From Planctomycetota bacterium (GTDB lineage Bacteria > Planctomycetota > UBA1135 > UBA2386), in contig JBKAGP010000001.1 of assembly GCA_046290465.1 (NCBI GenBank), forward strand, positions 2,208,001 to 2,272,000: 64,000 bases of DNA. The letters run 5' to 3'. The translations under genes were made by a program, and so were the position numbers. This document shows, piece by piece, positions 10,801-19,123 of the stretch. Below the pieces are notes generated by a model. The model did no database searches. It had not been told where the DNA came from and saw only the letters and a list, made by a program, of their open reading frames with translations. Numbering within the stretch: the stretch's first letter is position 1; each line of letters starts with the position of its first letter.

Positions 10801-11555
10801 TGCTGCTGCGGCTGCCGGCCTCGGGCATCGAGGTGCTGGCGGTGCAGTTCGTCGCCGACGACCAACTGCTGCTCGCGGGCAAGACCGAGCACGGCGGCGC
10901 GATCGCGCTGTGGGACCTGACCGCGCGCGAGTTGGTGCAAAGGATCGACGTCGACCACGAGGTCTACGCGATCGCGATCTCGACCGACCGGCAGCTGCTC
11001 GCGACCGCCAGTCCCGACGAACACCATCCGCGCGTCTGGCAGCTGCCGACGCTCGCCGAACGCGAGGTGCCGTGGCCGCCGGCACCGAGCGCGCCGGGCG
11101 AGGACGGCGGCGAAGCCGTGCCGAGCCGCGACCTGGTCCGTTCGATCTGCTTCACCCCCGACGGCACGGGCCTGCTCGCTGGCGGGCAACGCGGGGTCGC
11201 GCAGCTGTACGACGTCGACGGCGGCGTCACGCTCGAACTGAGCGCAAACGGCCCGATCGCACACGTCGCGTGCTCGCCCGACGGCCGATTCGTGCTGACC
11301 TGCAGCACCGGCCGCGACGGTTCGGCGCAGCTGTGGCGCACCACCGACGGCACCGAAGAGCTGCACTTCAACGGCCACCGCGCGTCGCTGATGCACGCGA
11401 CCTTCGACAGCACCGGCGCGCTGGCCGCGACCAGCGCGGCGGACGGTTCGGTGTGGATCTGGCCGACGGATCCCGTCGCGGTCGCCCGACGTCTGCCCCT
11501 GCACACCCCCGACGCCCAGAAGGCCAACGGCTCCCACACCACTCGCCCCCGCTAG
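7878..11555 (+). CDS. Membrane Hanks-type Ser/Thr kinase with C-terminal WD40 repeats
   Basis: LGRGGMGVVY, VALK, HRDLKPRN, DFGLAK, GTAHYMSPEQ; TM segment; many WD-like repeats (AFSPDG..SGSRDFTARLW). Confidence 0.93.
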   Translation: MGERPEPELVRQDEARRGEQVQQAVEAFVERHTAGKAPDPMTFAEEYPQELRPDILSQCREFLMFDGMLGHQEWLDDEPDEPGGRLFGDFVIQEELGRGGMGVVYLAHQRSLDRRVALKVMASGLTLSKRHVERFRREAMATAQLRHPAIVPVHSLIEVDGTFALAMDYVAGRNLADMLDDLRLRNREGEGVHDGSLGIAPDKGYVAECAMLAAQVASALAAAHHNQVVHRDLKPRNLMLDDRRQVRLLDFGLAKSLDATRESLSMSGEITGTAHYMSPEQTLAKRVEVDHRADIWSLGVILYELLTLSRPFDGKNLQQIVYEICFKEPVALQRRNPKVPRDLVTICAKALEKDPQNRYQTAAQFEADLQRFLRWEPVHAKPVGAWTRASKFVRRHRTEASIAAALLLLLTTVLSFVWYRDAVDARQADDLLRTASRRAEAGDYAQAITLTNQALELRNDEVTRERLGRYHAENKRVENAAAWLVAESRQLLGHDREGAMRLALDAERQLSSAKTRSAVLDALGSGVAARSLRMPSSISTVAAVFSPSGERIATAGNRGTLQFYRDAGADPRPLHGHGARLPLAGVTFVDERTLVSAGVDGTLRIWNPEGGGDPITVPLDLPFGRMRPATMTMDAGRSRVLLALYGLANEVEPGEQRPRQIYGTRAFDARTGAPLSDFVDHGSYTICALRHDGALAASCTVGSTLRIWNVTDDTVQARRKLPLTGRASAIAFSPDGRVVAVGALSGQLLFLDATDGSLLGSARHADAVRSLAFSPDGERLLSGSRDFTARLWRYGDRDGAFSVREVGTLGGTSDEVHHVAFSDDGTLAATASGAANGVIRVFHTAGIGGRQPIHEYRVRESVLRVAFAPDGRRLLATTSRRALVWNFSAARGAISMHQPGKVPALAFVADDRRLLTAGDDERLRRWNVRDGKLDWQTERLGNPVTALAVDDQDRRLACALAGGEVLVHAIDDGALLLRLPASGIEVLAVQFVADDQLLLAGKTEHGGAIALWDLTARELVQRIDVDHEVYAIAISTDRQLLATASPDEHHPRVWQLPTLAEREVPWPPAPSAPGEDGGEAVPSRDLVRSICFTPDGTGLLAGGQRGVAQLYDVDGGVTLELSANGPIAHVACSPDGRFVLTCSTGRDGSAQLWRTTDGTEELHFNGHRASLMHATFDSTGALAATSAADGSVWIWPTDPVAVARRLPLHTPDAQKANGSHTTRPR

Positions 11556-11562
11556 GCCAGCG

Positions 11563-11620
11563 CACGCCACCCCGCCACGCCACCCCGCCGCGCCAACCCG
11601 CCACGCCACCCCGGCGCGCC
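11563..11620 (+). repeat. Intergenic 13-bp tandem repeat (CACGCCACCCCGC x ~4.5)
   Basis: cacgccaccccgc cacgccaccccgc cgcgccaacccgc cacgccaccccgg cgcgcc. Confidence 0.85.
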
Positions 11621-11666
11621 GGAACGAACGCGGGCCACCACCTGCACCCTGCAACCAGGACCGACC

Positions 11667-13556
11667 ATGAACCGCCTCCCTTGCCCGTCGCGAAGCCTCG
11701 CGCTCGCGGCCCTCTGCGCGACCGCCGCCGCCCAGACCCCGGTCGATTCCCCGCCGTGGTGGGGCGTGCAGGACGAGGTCACGGTCAGCATCGCCTGGGA
11801 CTTCGACAACGGCGGCGGCCAGCTGCCGCCGCAGCAGCCGGACTTCCAGGTCGCGGCGCCGTGGTACCAGAACAACACGCCGTGGTCGGCCACCGGCACG
11901 CCGCTGCAGTTCCTGCCGACGTTCCAGGGCCACCAGGGGGTCTACGCGCTGGTCGGCAACGGCACGCCGATCTCGGCGACGCTCGACCTGTTCGTCGACA
12001 ACGATCCGCACCTCGACTGGGTCAAGCTGTTCTGGATCCAGTACGACGAGTACGACCAGACCGGCGTCGGCCTGTCCGCGCAGATCCAGCAACAGCTGAC
12101 CAAGTACGGGCGCGCCGCCGTCACCGAGGAGCGCGAGGCGATCGGCAACGGTTGGGACCGCGTCACGATCTCGGCCGAACTCGTGCCACAGCCGGACGAC
12201 GAGGCGCTCGACTGGCGGTTCGTCGAGTCGGCGCTCGGCACCGTCGCGATCGACAACGTGTTCGTCAACAGCCGCTGCGTCAAGCCGCGGCCCGACGAGG
12301 TCGGCGACGCGATGGGCCGCGTGACCAACGGCGCGACGCAGTCGATCAACCTGACGCTGCAGACCGGTCGCACCTGCCGCGCCGTCGCGGTGACGCGCGG
12401 CAACGCCGTCAACCCGGGCCGTCGCCTGTGGGTCGCCGCGGTCGGCCAACCGGGACAGTCGCACACGGTGTTCGAGCTGACCGCCAACGGCCAGACGACG
12501 ATCGCGTCGACCAACCTGCCGACCAGCGTGGCGGCGGCGCCGTTCGGGCCGATGGACATGGCGGTCGAGACCGTCGAACTGCCGACCGGCGTGTTCCAGG
12601 AGTGGGTCTACGTGCTGGTGCGGCTGAGCACCGGCGACCTGGTGATCCGCGCGATCGACGCCACCACCAACCAGATCGATCCGTCCCGCACCCGGCAGGT
12701 GCCGGCGGGTGCGGCGCCGTTCGCGACCGGCCAGAAGCTCGGCCTGGCGTTCGATCCCGACGGCGACAACGGCAACGGCTCGTTCTGGGTGACGGGCCAG
12801 ACGACCATCCAGCCGATCGCCTACCGCGCGCTCGAGTATGCCGCGAGCGGCGTGCCGGTCGCCCCGATCAACGCGTTCGACGTGCCTACCGAGACCAACG
12901 GCTTCGCCTACGACGCGACGCTGGGCAACTTCTACTGCTTCAGCATGGAGCCGGTGCAGCGCGCGAGTGGCGCGATCAGCCAGGTCAACGGCTACGAGAT
13001 CAGCGGCTACGACGAACTGCCGACGGGCGTGCGCTTCTGCGGCGACCTGACCATCCCCAACCCCGGTGGCCCCGACGGCGGCCTGGCCTCGGGCATGACG
13101 CTCTATCGCACGTTCGGCGGCATCGACTCCGAGCTGCGGCTGGCGTGCGTCGCCGACGTCGGTGCCAGCCAGTACTTCTACGAACTCGCCGGCCCGTTCC
13201 GCTACGGCTACAGCCGCTTCGGCACGATCGGCATGCAGAACGGCCCGCCGTTCCTCGGCGGCAGCTTCGACGTCACGCTGCGCGGCGTGCCCAACTCCCT
13301 GCTCGCGGCGCTGTTCGTCGGCGACGCGGCCGCCAACATCCCGATCGGCGTCGAGGCGTTCGCGTCGATCAGTTCGTTCGTCAACGCCGGCCCGTTCACC
13401 CCGGTCGCGCCCGGCCGCTTCTCGTTCAGCATCGCGCTGCCCCCGACGCCGGCGCTGTCCTACTACGAGGCGTTCTTCCAGTGGGTCGTGCTCGACGGCA
13501 CCGCCCCCGGCTTCCTCGGCTTCACCCAGGCCGGCAAGACCGTGCTCTACCCATAA
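11667..13556 (+). CDS. Secreted multidomain protein with shared C-terminal module
   Basis: AGGA RBS, signal peptide ending AAA-Q, beta-rich central region, C-terminal ..SFSIALP.TPAL...FFQWVVLD. Confidence 0.85.
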   Translation: MNRLPCPSRSLALAALCATAAAQTPVDSPPWWGVQDEVTVSIAWDFDNGGGQLPPQQPDFQVAAPWYQNNTPWSATGTPLQFLPTFQGHQGVYALVGNGTPISATLDLFVDNDPHLDWVKLFWIQYDEYDQTGVGLSAQIQQQLTKYGRAAVTEEREAIGNGWDRVTISAELVPQPDDEALDWRFVESALGTVAIDNVFVNSRCVKPRPDEVGDAMGRVTNGATQSINLTLQTGRTCRAVAVTRGNAVNPGRRLWVAAVGQPGQSHTVFELTANGQTTIASTNLPTSVAAAPFGPMDMAVETVELPTGVFQEWVYVLVRLSTGDLVIRAIDATTNQIDPSRTRQVPAGAAPFATGQKLGLAFDPDGDNGNGSFWVTGQTTIQPIAYRALEYAASGVPVAPINAFDVPTETNGFAYDATLGNFYCFSMEPVQRASGAISQVNGYEISGYDELPTGVRFCGDLTIPNPGGPDGGLASGMTLYRTFGGIDSELRLACVADVGASQYFYELAGPFRYGYSRFGTIGMQNGPPFLGGSFDVTLRGVPNSLLAALFVGDAAANIPIGVEAFASISSFVNAGPFTPVAPGRFSFSIALPPTPALSYYEAFFQWVVLDGTAPGFLGFTQAGKTVLYP

Positions 13557-13645
13557 GTAGCGGTACGGTACACGGTTCATCCTCCAACTTCCGCGAGCGC
13601 TCGCGCTCGCGGAAGTTGGAGGATGAACCGCACTCGTACCGCATT
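13557..13645. repeat. Long palindrome between convergent genes (REP-like element or bidirectional terminator)
   Basis: Perfect 28-bp arms at 13573-13600 and 13603-13630, outer 8-bp arms gcggtacg/cgtaccgc, begins with GTAG. Confidence 0.85.
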
Positions 13646-13654
13646 ACCGTGCCG

Positions 13655-14464
13655 CTACTTCTTCGCCTTGGCGGCTTCGGCCTTCAGGCGCTGTTCCCGG
13701 GCCTCGTGCAGCTTCGGCTTCTTGCTGTGGAAGACGAACTCGAGTTCGGTGCCGGGTTCGGGCACCAGCTTGGTGGTCCACCAGTTCTGGTCGTCGCGGG
13801 CGCGCTCGTGCACCATCGTCGCGAGGTGGTTGTCCGGGGTCAGGTAGCAGACGCTGACCAGGTTGCCCTCGAAGTCGGCGATGAACACCTCGGGATCGCC
13901 CTTGTAGAGCTGCGCCATGCGGCCGCCGAGGTAGACCCACTTGCACGCGCCCATCGGCTTCTGCGTGGTCAGGTCGAGCAGCAGGTCCTCGACGCAGTGC
14001 TCGACGGGCTTGCCGTCCTCGTCCTTCCAGCGCGCCGTCATCCAGAACGGCTTGCCCTTCGGCGGCGTGACGATCAGCGGATCGGCGCCGGCCTGCACTT
14101 CTTCGAGCGTCGGTGCGGGCACCTTCTCCTTGTAGGTGGCGTTGCTGCCCTTCTCCATGCCGAGCATCAGCAGCGCCGCGTTGAGCACGCTCGGCTTGGT
14201 CTTGGTCCAGAACACCGCCTCGTGCTTCTTGCCGCGGCGGTGGATCAGCAGGTACTCGATCGGATCCTGCGGCGGGTTGACGACCGCCGGGATCGTCACC
14301 GTCCCCTTCTTGGCGTCGATCTTCACCTTCTCCTTGTCGAAGGACGCCAGCATCTCCTTCAGGAGCTTGTCGGGGTCCTGCGGCGCAGCCGGCTTCTTCG
14401 GCTCGTCCTGGCAGGACGCAAGGGTCGCGGTGATGGCGAGAACGGTCAGGGTGCGGATGATCAT
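13655..14464 (-). CDS. YdjY-domain lipoprotein
   Basis: LASC lipobox; IEYLL...KKHEAVF.TKTKPSVLNAALLMLG and WVYLGG motifs resemble the YdjY family; ATGA overlap with upstream gene. Confidence 0.7.
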   Translation of the reverse strand: MIIRTLTVLAITATLASCQDEPKKPAAPQDPDKLLKEMLASFDKEKVKIDAKKGTVTIPAVVNPPQDPIEYLLIHRRGKKHEAVFWTKTKPSVLNAALLMLGMEKGSNATYKEKVPAPTLEEVQAGADPLIVTPPKGKPFWMTARWKDEDGKPVEHCVEDLLLDLTTQKPMGACKWVYLGGRMAQLYKGDPEVFIADFEGNLVSVCYLTPDNHLATMVHERARDDQNWWTTKLVPEPGTELEFVFHSKKPKLHEAREQRLKAEAAKAKK

Positions 14465-17010
14465 CGTCCAGATTCCTCGGTCGTCAGGTCCACGGTAGCG
14501 CGGGTGGCCGCGTCGTGGCCCGCGAACTCGCGGACCATCGCAGCCGCCGCGGCGGCCAGGCGGTCGTTGCCGGCGGCGCGCGCCGCCAGCAGCCGCATTC
14601 GATACGGAGCCGCGGCCAGCGCCGCGAACGGATCGTCGCCGCCAGCCGGGTTGCGGTCCCCCAGCAGCCAGCGCACTTCGGCGCGGCGCGACGGCAGGCG
14701 CAGCAGTTCGCGGCCGGCCAGCCGGTAGAGCCGTTCGGCGGTGGCGTGCTCGCCGCGCAGCTCGGCGTCGTGCGCCTGCAGCCAGATCGCGGCGCCTTCC
14801 CCGACGTCGTCGTCGGCCTGGGTATGCGTCCACAGCCGGGCGGTCACCCGGCCCAACGCGCGCTGCAGCGACGGCTGCCGCGACAGCGCCCGCCAGAACA
14901 CCTTGAGCCGCTGGCGCGAGATCGACGCGCAACCGGGGCTGCCGCGCAGTTCTTCGACGACCTCGCCGAAGACCAGCTCGGCCTCGACCTCGTCGGCGGT
15001 GCGCAGCCGGTTGGCGATCGCCCGCACCAGCGGGAAGCCGAACGTGCCGTCGGGCCAGCGGCGCACCTGGCGCCGTTCGGCCTCGGGATCGGCGATCGGC
15101 ACGCGCAGCAGCAGGTCGCAGCACAGCCGCAGGTCCGACGCGTGCAGCGGCTCGGGCATGCCGTTGAGCGCCTCGTAGGGCAGCGACGCGAGCTGGTCGT
15201 CGAGCGGCCCGGCGACGATCGCCGCGCGCAGCTGCGCCAGCAGGTCCTCGCGCCGGTCGGTCGCCATCAGCAGCCGCATCGCGATCTCGAACAGGTCCTC
15301 GACCGCCGGCACCCGGTCAGCCGAGTCGTCGTCGGAGGAGCCACCACCGGGCGGATCGTTCCAGAAGCTCCACAGCGACGCCGCGGTCGCCTGCGGCTGC
15401 GCCACCGCCGCCCACTCGAGCAGTTCGCCGGCCTGCTCCGGATCCTCGCTCGCGAACGCCGCCCGCACCAGGCTCGCGCCCTGCTCGGCGGTCAGGCTCT
15501 CGGCGTAGTTGCGACACCGCCGCACGAACGCCGCATCGCGCGACGGCGCGTGGGCCACCAGCGCATCGAGTTCGCGTCGATCGCCGCGCGCGACCAGCTG
15601 CAGCCGCAGCACGTCGAGCTGCTGCTGGTGACGTTCTTGCTGGTCCTCCTGCACCTGGAGGCCGCGCTGCTGCTCGAGCGACGCGAGCAGGCGTTCGTAG
15701 ACGAACGGCTCGGTGCGGCGGCCGACGCGGTCGAGCAGGTCGCGCCACGCCGTGCTGCCCAGCACCAGCGGCCAGACCCGCTCGAGTGCGGCAGCGTCGC
15801 CGCCGTGCACCAGCGCGGTGACCAGGTGCAGCGGCGTGAAGCGGTCGGCCTGTTCGACGTCGTCGAGCATCGCCAGCAGCGTCCGCTGGATCTCGGGCTC
15901 GAGCTGCGGCCGCCGCGCCAGCGCCTGCGCCATTGCCCCGGACACCTCGGGCGTGCTGCCGAGCCATCGCACCACGTAGTCGACCGGGATCTCGTTGGCC
16001 GAGCGGGCGATGATCCGGCGGATGCGCGGAATCGACTCCCCGTCGGTCGCGACCTCGAGCACCTCGGCGTCGATCGCGCCCGCCTCGAGCAGCGCCTCGA
16101 ACGCAAAGTCGCGGTCGTCCTGGTCGTCGGCGTCGCGCAGCACCGCCAGCACGCGCTGCACGCGCTCGGGACGGTCGATCCGCTTCGGTGCAAACGCCAG
16201 CCACTGCGGCTCGAGCGGGATGCGGCCGTCGAGCGCGGCTTCGAGGCGTTCTTCGACCAGCTCCGGGCGGGTGTCGTGCACGTGCCGCAGCAGCTTGTGC
16301 GCGACCGCCGGCGGCAACGTCATCGCGAGGCCGAGCAGGCTCTTGAGCCCGCGGCGCGACAGCCGGTCCAGCAGCGGCGTCAGCGACGCGACCGTCGGCC
16401 CGCTGGGCTGGCCCTCGGCCTGCGGCTCCGGCACGCCCTGCATCAACGCGGCGTGCACGCGGCCGACGAGGCCGTCGGCGACCTTGGGCGTCAGGTAGGA
16501 ACACGCGAAGTAGAAGCCGTCGCCGGGACGTTCGTGCTGCAGCGACTCGAGCAGCAGCGCGGCCTCGTCGCGCCCGAGCGGCTCGGCGCGCGCGGCCAAC
16601 GCCAGCAGGCGGTGGTCGTAGGAGCGCGCGTGCCGCGCTTCGGACTGGCGCAGCACCCACGCGTGCGCCTGCGGCCGCGGCGCGCGCGCCAGCTCCTCGA
16701 GGAAGCGGCGCGCCGCACGCGGATCCTCGTCGAGACCGTCGAACAGCGCGTCGGGCAGCTCCGCCCACTCGTGCCGCACGATCGCGGCGACGGTGCGCGC
16801 CTCCGACTCGCGCTTGCCGCCGAGCACCCGCAGCACGGTCGGCAGCGTCAGTTCGCCGCGGTCGGCCTGCTGCGACAGCGCGCGGCACGCCGCAGCGGCG
16901 TCGTAGTCGTCGTCCTGCTGGGCGCGCAGCGACCCGGCGAGCGGGTCGACCAGCTGAGAAGCCCCCAGCAGCAACAGCATCGGGACGGACAGGTCGGTGC
17001 GCAGGTTCAC
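14461..17010 (-). CDS. Large alpha-helical secreted hypothetical protein
   Basis: GTGA overlap with the nnrD stop, signal-like leader ending LRA-Q, helical repeat-like composition. Confidence 0.7.
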   Translation of the reverse strand: MNLRTDLSVPMLLLLGASQLVDPLAGSLRAQQDDDYDAAAACRALSQQADRGELTLPTVLRVLGGKRESEARTVAAIVRHEWAELPDALFDGLDEDPRAARRFLEELARAPRPQAHAWVLRQSEARHARSYDHRLLALAARAEPLGRDEAALLLESLQHERPGDGFYFACSYLTPKVADGLVGRVHAALMQGVPEPQAEGQPSGPTVASLTPLLDRLSRRGLKSLLGLAMTLPPAVAHKLLRHVHDTRPELVEERLEAALDGRIPLEPQWLAFAPKRIDRPERVQRVLAVLRDADDQDDRDFAFEALLEAGAIDAEVLEVATDGESIPRIRRIIARSANEIPVDYVVRWLGSTPEVSGAMAQALARRPQLEPEIQRTLLAMLDDVEQADRFTPLHLVTALVHGGDAAALERVWPLVLGSTAWRDLLDRVGRRTEPFVYERLLASLEQQRGLQVQEDQQERHQQQLDVLRLQLVARGDRRELDALVAHAPSRDAAFVRRCRNYAESLTAEQGASLVRAAFASEDPEQAGELLEWAAVAQPQATAASLWSFWNDPPGGGSSDDDSADRVPAVEDLFEIAMRLLMATDRREDLLAQLRAAIVAGPLDDQLASLPYEALNGMPEPLHASDLRLCCDLLLRVPIADPEAERRQVRRWPDGTFGFPLVRAIANRLRTADEVEAELVFGEVVEELRGSPGCASISRQRLKVFWRALSRQPSLQRALGRVTARLWTHTQADDDVGEGAAIWLQAHDAELRGEHATAERLYRLAGRELLRLPSRRAEVRWLLGDRNPAGGDDPFAALAAAPYRMRLLAARAAGNDRLAAAAAAMVREFAGHDAATRATVDLTTEESGR

Positions 17011-17819
17011 GGCAGCTCCTTGGCGATCGCGTCGCAGAGGTCCGAGGCGACCAGCCCGCTGACGCCGAGTTCGCGGCAGACGCGATCCCCGGCGGCCCCG
17101 TGCGTGCGCACGGCCAGGCAAGCCGCGTCGAACGGATCGAGCCCGCGCGCCAGCAGCGCGGCGAGCAGGCCACCGAGCACGTCACCGGATCCGCCGGTCG
17201 CCATGCCGGGGTTGCCGGTCCGGTTCTTGAACAAGCGCTCGCCGTCGCAGACCAGCGTGCCCTCGCCCTTCAGCACGGTCACGGCGCCGCTCTTCCGACA
17301 CAATTGTTCGACCGCGGCGGGGCGATCGCGCTGGACCGCCTTGGTCGTGGTGCCGAGCAGCCGCGCGGCCTCACCCGGATGCGGCGTCAGCAGCAGCGGC
17401 GCGCGGCTGGCCAGCCGTTCGGCCAGCGGGGCGAGCACGTTGAGCGCGTCGGCGTCGAGCACGACCGGGACCGCGGCGTGGTCGAGAACGGTCTGCACGT
17501 GGGTGCGCGTGGTCGCGGCCGTCGACAGGCCGGGGCCGATGACGACCGCGTCCGCCTCGGCGAGCTGGCGGCGCAGCTGCGGCACCCGCCGTTCGCAGGT
17601 GGTCGCCTCCGGCACGGCGAGCGGCAGCAGCGGCACCAGTTCTGGCGGCAGCGCGACGCGCACCAGACCGGCGCCCGAACGCGTCGCCGCGCGCGCGCAC
17701 AGCACCGCGGCGCCGACCATCTCGCGCGAACCGGCGACGACCAGCACGCGGCCGAAGTCACCCTTGTGCGCGTCGGAGCGCCGCGGCGGCAGTTCGGGCA
17801 GACGACGCACGTGCTTCAC
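17007..17819 (-). CDS. nnrD: ADP-dependent NAD(P)H-hydrate dehydratase
   Basis: HKGDFGRVLVVAGS, IGPGL, VLDADAL, LTPHPGEA, VLKG, MATGGSGDVL. Confidence 0.93.
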   Translation of the reverse strand: MKHVRRLPELPPRRSDAHKGDFGRVLVVAGSREMVGAAVLCARAATRSGAGLVRVALPPELVPLLPLAVPEATTCERRVPQLRRQLAEADAVVIGPGLSTAATTRTHVQTVLDHAAVPVVLDADALNVLAPLAERLASRAPLLLTPHPGEAARLLGTTTKAVQRDRPAAVEQLCRKSGAVTVLKGEGTLVCDGERLFKNRTGNPGMATGGSGDVLGGLLAALLARGLDPFDAACLAVRTHGAAGDRVCRELGVSGLVASDLCDAIAKELP

Positions 17820-18916
17820 GTCGGCCCCCCATCGGTGGGGCGAGCGTCGCGGGCACAGCCGGTGACGGCGTTCCAGTCGACGACACAGTGCACTTCGCCG
17901 ACCTGCTTCTTCTGCGTGTTGGCGATCGGCAGCCGCCAGAAGCGCTGCAGCGGCTCCGGCACCGGATCGGCTCCGAACGCGCCGAGCGTGCGCAGCAGGT
18001 CGACGACCACCGGCTGGTAGCCGCGCTCGGCGCCGTCGTCCGCCTTGACCGCGAGTCCCAGCGCGCCCGGGAACCGCGGCCGCTGCGGGTCGGGTGCCAG
18101 CGCCATCACGTAGACCCCTTCGGCGCCGTTCTTGGCGAAGGCGCGGCCGGGCCACTGGCGGACCAGTGCGGTACACAGGCGCTGTTCGCCGGCCAGCAGC
18201 TCGGGGGCTTTGCCGACGGCGTCGAGGATGGAACGGCATGCAGCGGCACGAACGGGCGGCAGCGTGTCGTGGTTCGCAAATCGGCAGAAAGACCGCGCCA
18301 GCGCGTGCAGCGACAGCACCAGCGTCGGCGCACCGCAACCGTCGAGGCCGGACGGCAGCGGCGCGTCGAGGCCGGCCATCCCGGCGACGGCGGCATTGAC
18401 CGCCTGCTGCGCGCGGCTCTCGGGATCGAGGTAGTCGGCCAGGTCGTCGCCGAGTTCGCGGGCCAGATACAGGAAGCCCGTGTGCTTGCCGCTGCAGTTG
18501 TTGTGCACCTTCTGCGGCCGCTCGCCGCGCCGCAGCATCTCGAGGCGCGCGTCCTTGGCGAACGGCGCGTGCGGGCCGCAGCCGAGCAGCTGTTCGTCGA
18601 GGCCGCCGCGCGCGAGCAGCGAGCGAACGGCCGCGACGTGGCGATCGGTGCCGTCGTGGCTCGCGCACATCACCGCGAGCTCTTCGGCCGGCAGCCCGAG
18701 CCGTTCGGCTACGCCGCGTTCGAGCAGCGGCAGCGCCTGCAGCGGCTTGACCGCCGAGCGCGCATGGACCGGCGCCCCCACGTCCCCGAGCGCCAGCGCC
18801 AATTCGCCGTCGTGCACCACCGCCACCGCCCCCCGATGCCACGACTCGACCCGCCCACTGCGCGTCACCACCGACAACACCGGATTGCCGGCCGACCACG
18901 ACCCAGAACTGCTCAC
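17816..18916 (-). CDS. L-asparaginase II (Rhizobium AnsA-type)
   Basis: RSGRVESWH, ARSAVKPLQA, CASH, HNNCSGKH, DGCGAP, KNGAEGV, KADDG; start approximate. Confidence 0.9.
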   Translation of the reverse strand: MSSSGSWSAGNPVLSVVTRSGRVESWHRGAVAVVHDGELALALGDVGAPVHARSAVKPLQALPLLERGVAERLGLPAEELAVMCASHDGTDRHVAAVRSLLARGGLDEQLLGCGPHAPFAKDARLEMLRRGERPQKVHNNCSGKHTGFLYLARELGDDLADYLDPESRAQQAVNAAVAGMAGLDAPLPSGLDGCGAPTLVLSLHALARSFCRFANHDTLPPVRAAACRSILDAVGKAPELLAGEQRLCTALVRQWPGRAFAKNGAEGVYVMALAPDPQRPRFPGALGLAVKADDGAERGYQPVVVDLLRTLGAFGADPVPEPLQRFWRLPIANTQKKQVGEVHCVVDWNAVTGCARDARPTDGGPT

Positions 18917-18930
18917 CCCCCCAGTTATCG

Positions 18931-19123
18931 CCCCCACACCACATACCGAACCCGGTTCAACTTGCGCCCTTTCGCACCGCATACCGAACCGGGTTCAAGT
19001 TGCGCCACTTGCCCACGCCAGCCGAACGGCCGTTCCCTCGCCCGTCGGCCCATCCGTTCGCTCGCAGGGGCCCGCCCCCGAAAAGGCGCAGCCTGAACCG
19101 GGTTCGGTATGCGGTGTTTGGGG
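18931..19123. repeat. REPIN/MITE-like element with three 32-bp palindromic units (two direct, one inverted)
   Basis: CACC(A/G)CATACCGAACC(C/G)GGTTCA(A/G)(C/G)(T/C)TGCGCC at 18937-18968, 18975-19006 and inverted at 19085-19116. Confidence 0.85.

Noticed and set aside
9099..13580. Very long antisense or alternative-frame ORFs (e.g. 9099-13580, 10910-14728, 22338-25913, 47735-51511, 57841-61461)
   Set aside because: Shadow ORFs expected at this GC content; they overlap motif-bearing genes and have R/A/G/P-rich or antisense-codon composition
18937..19116. 32-bp palindromic repeats as a mini-CRISPR
   Set aside because: Only a 6-bp spacer, third copy inverted, no cas genes
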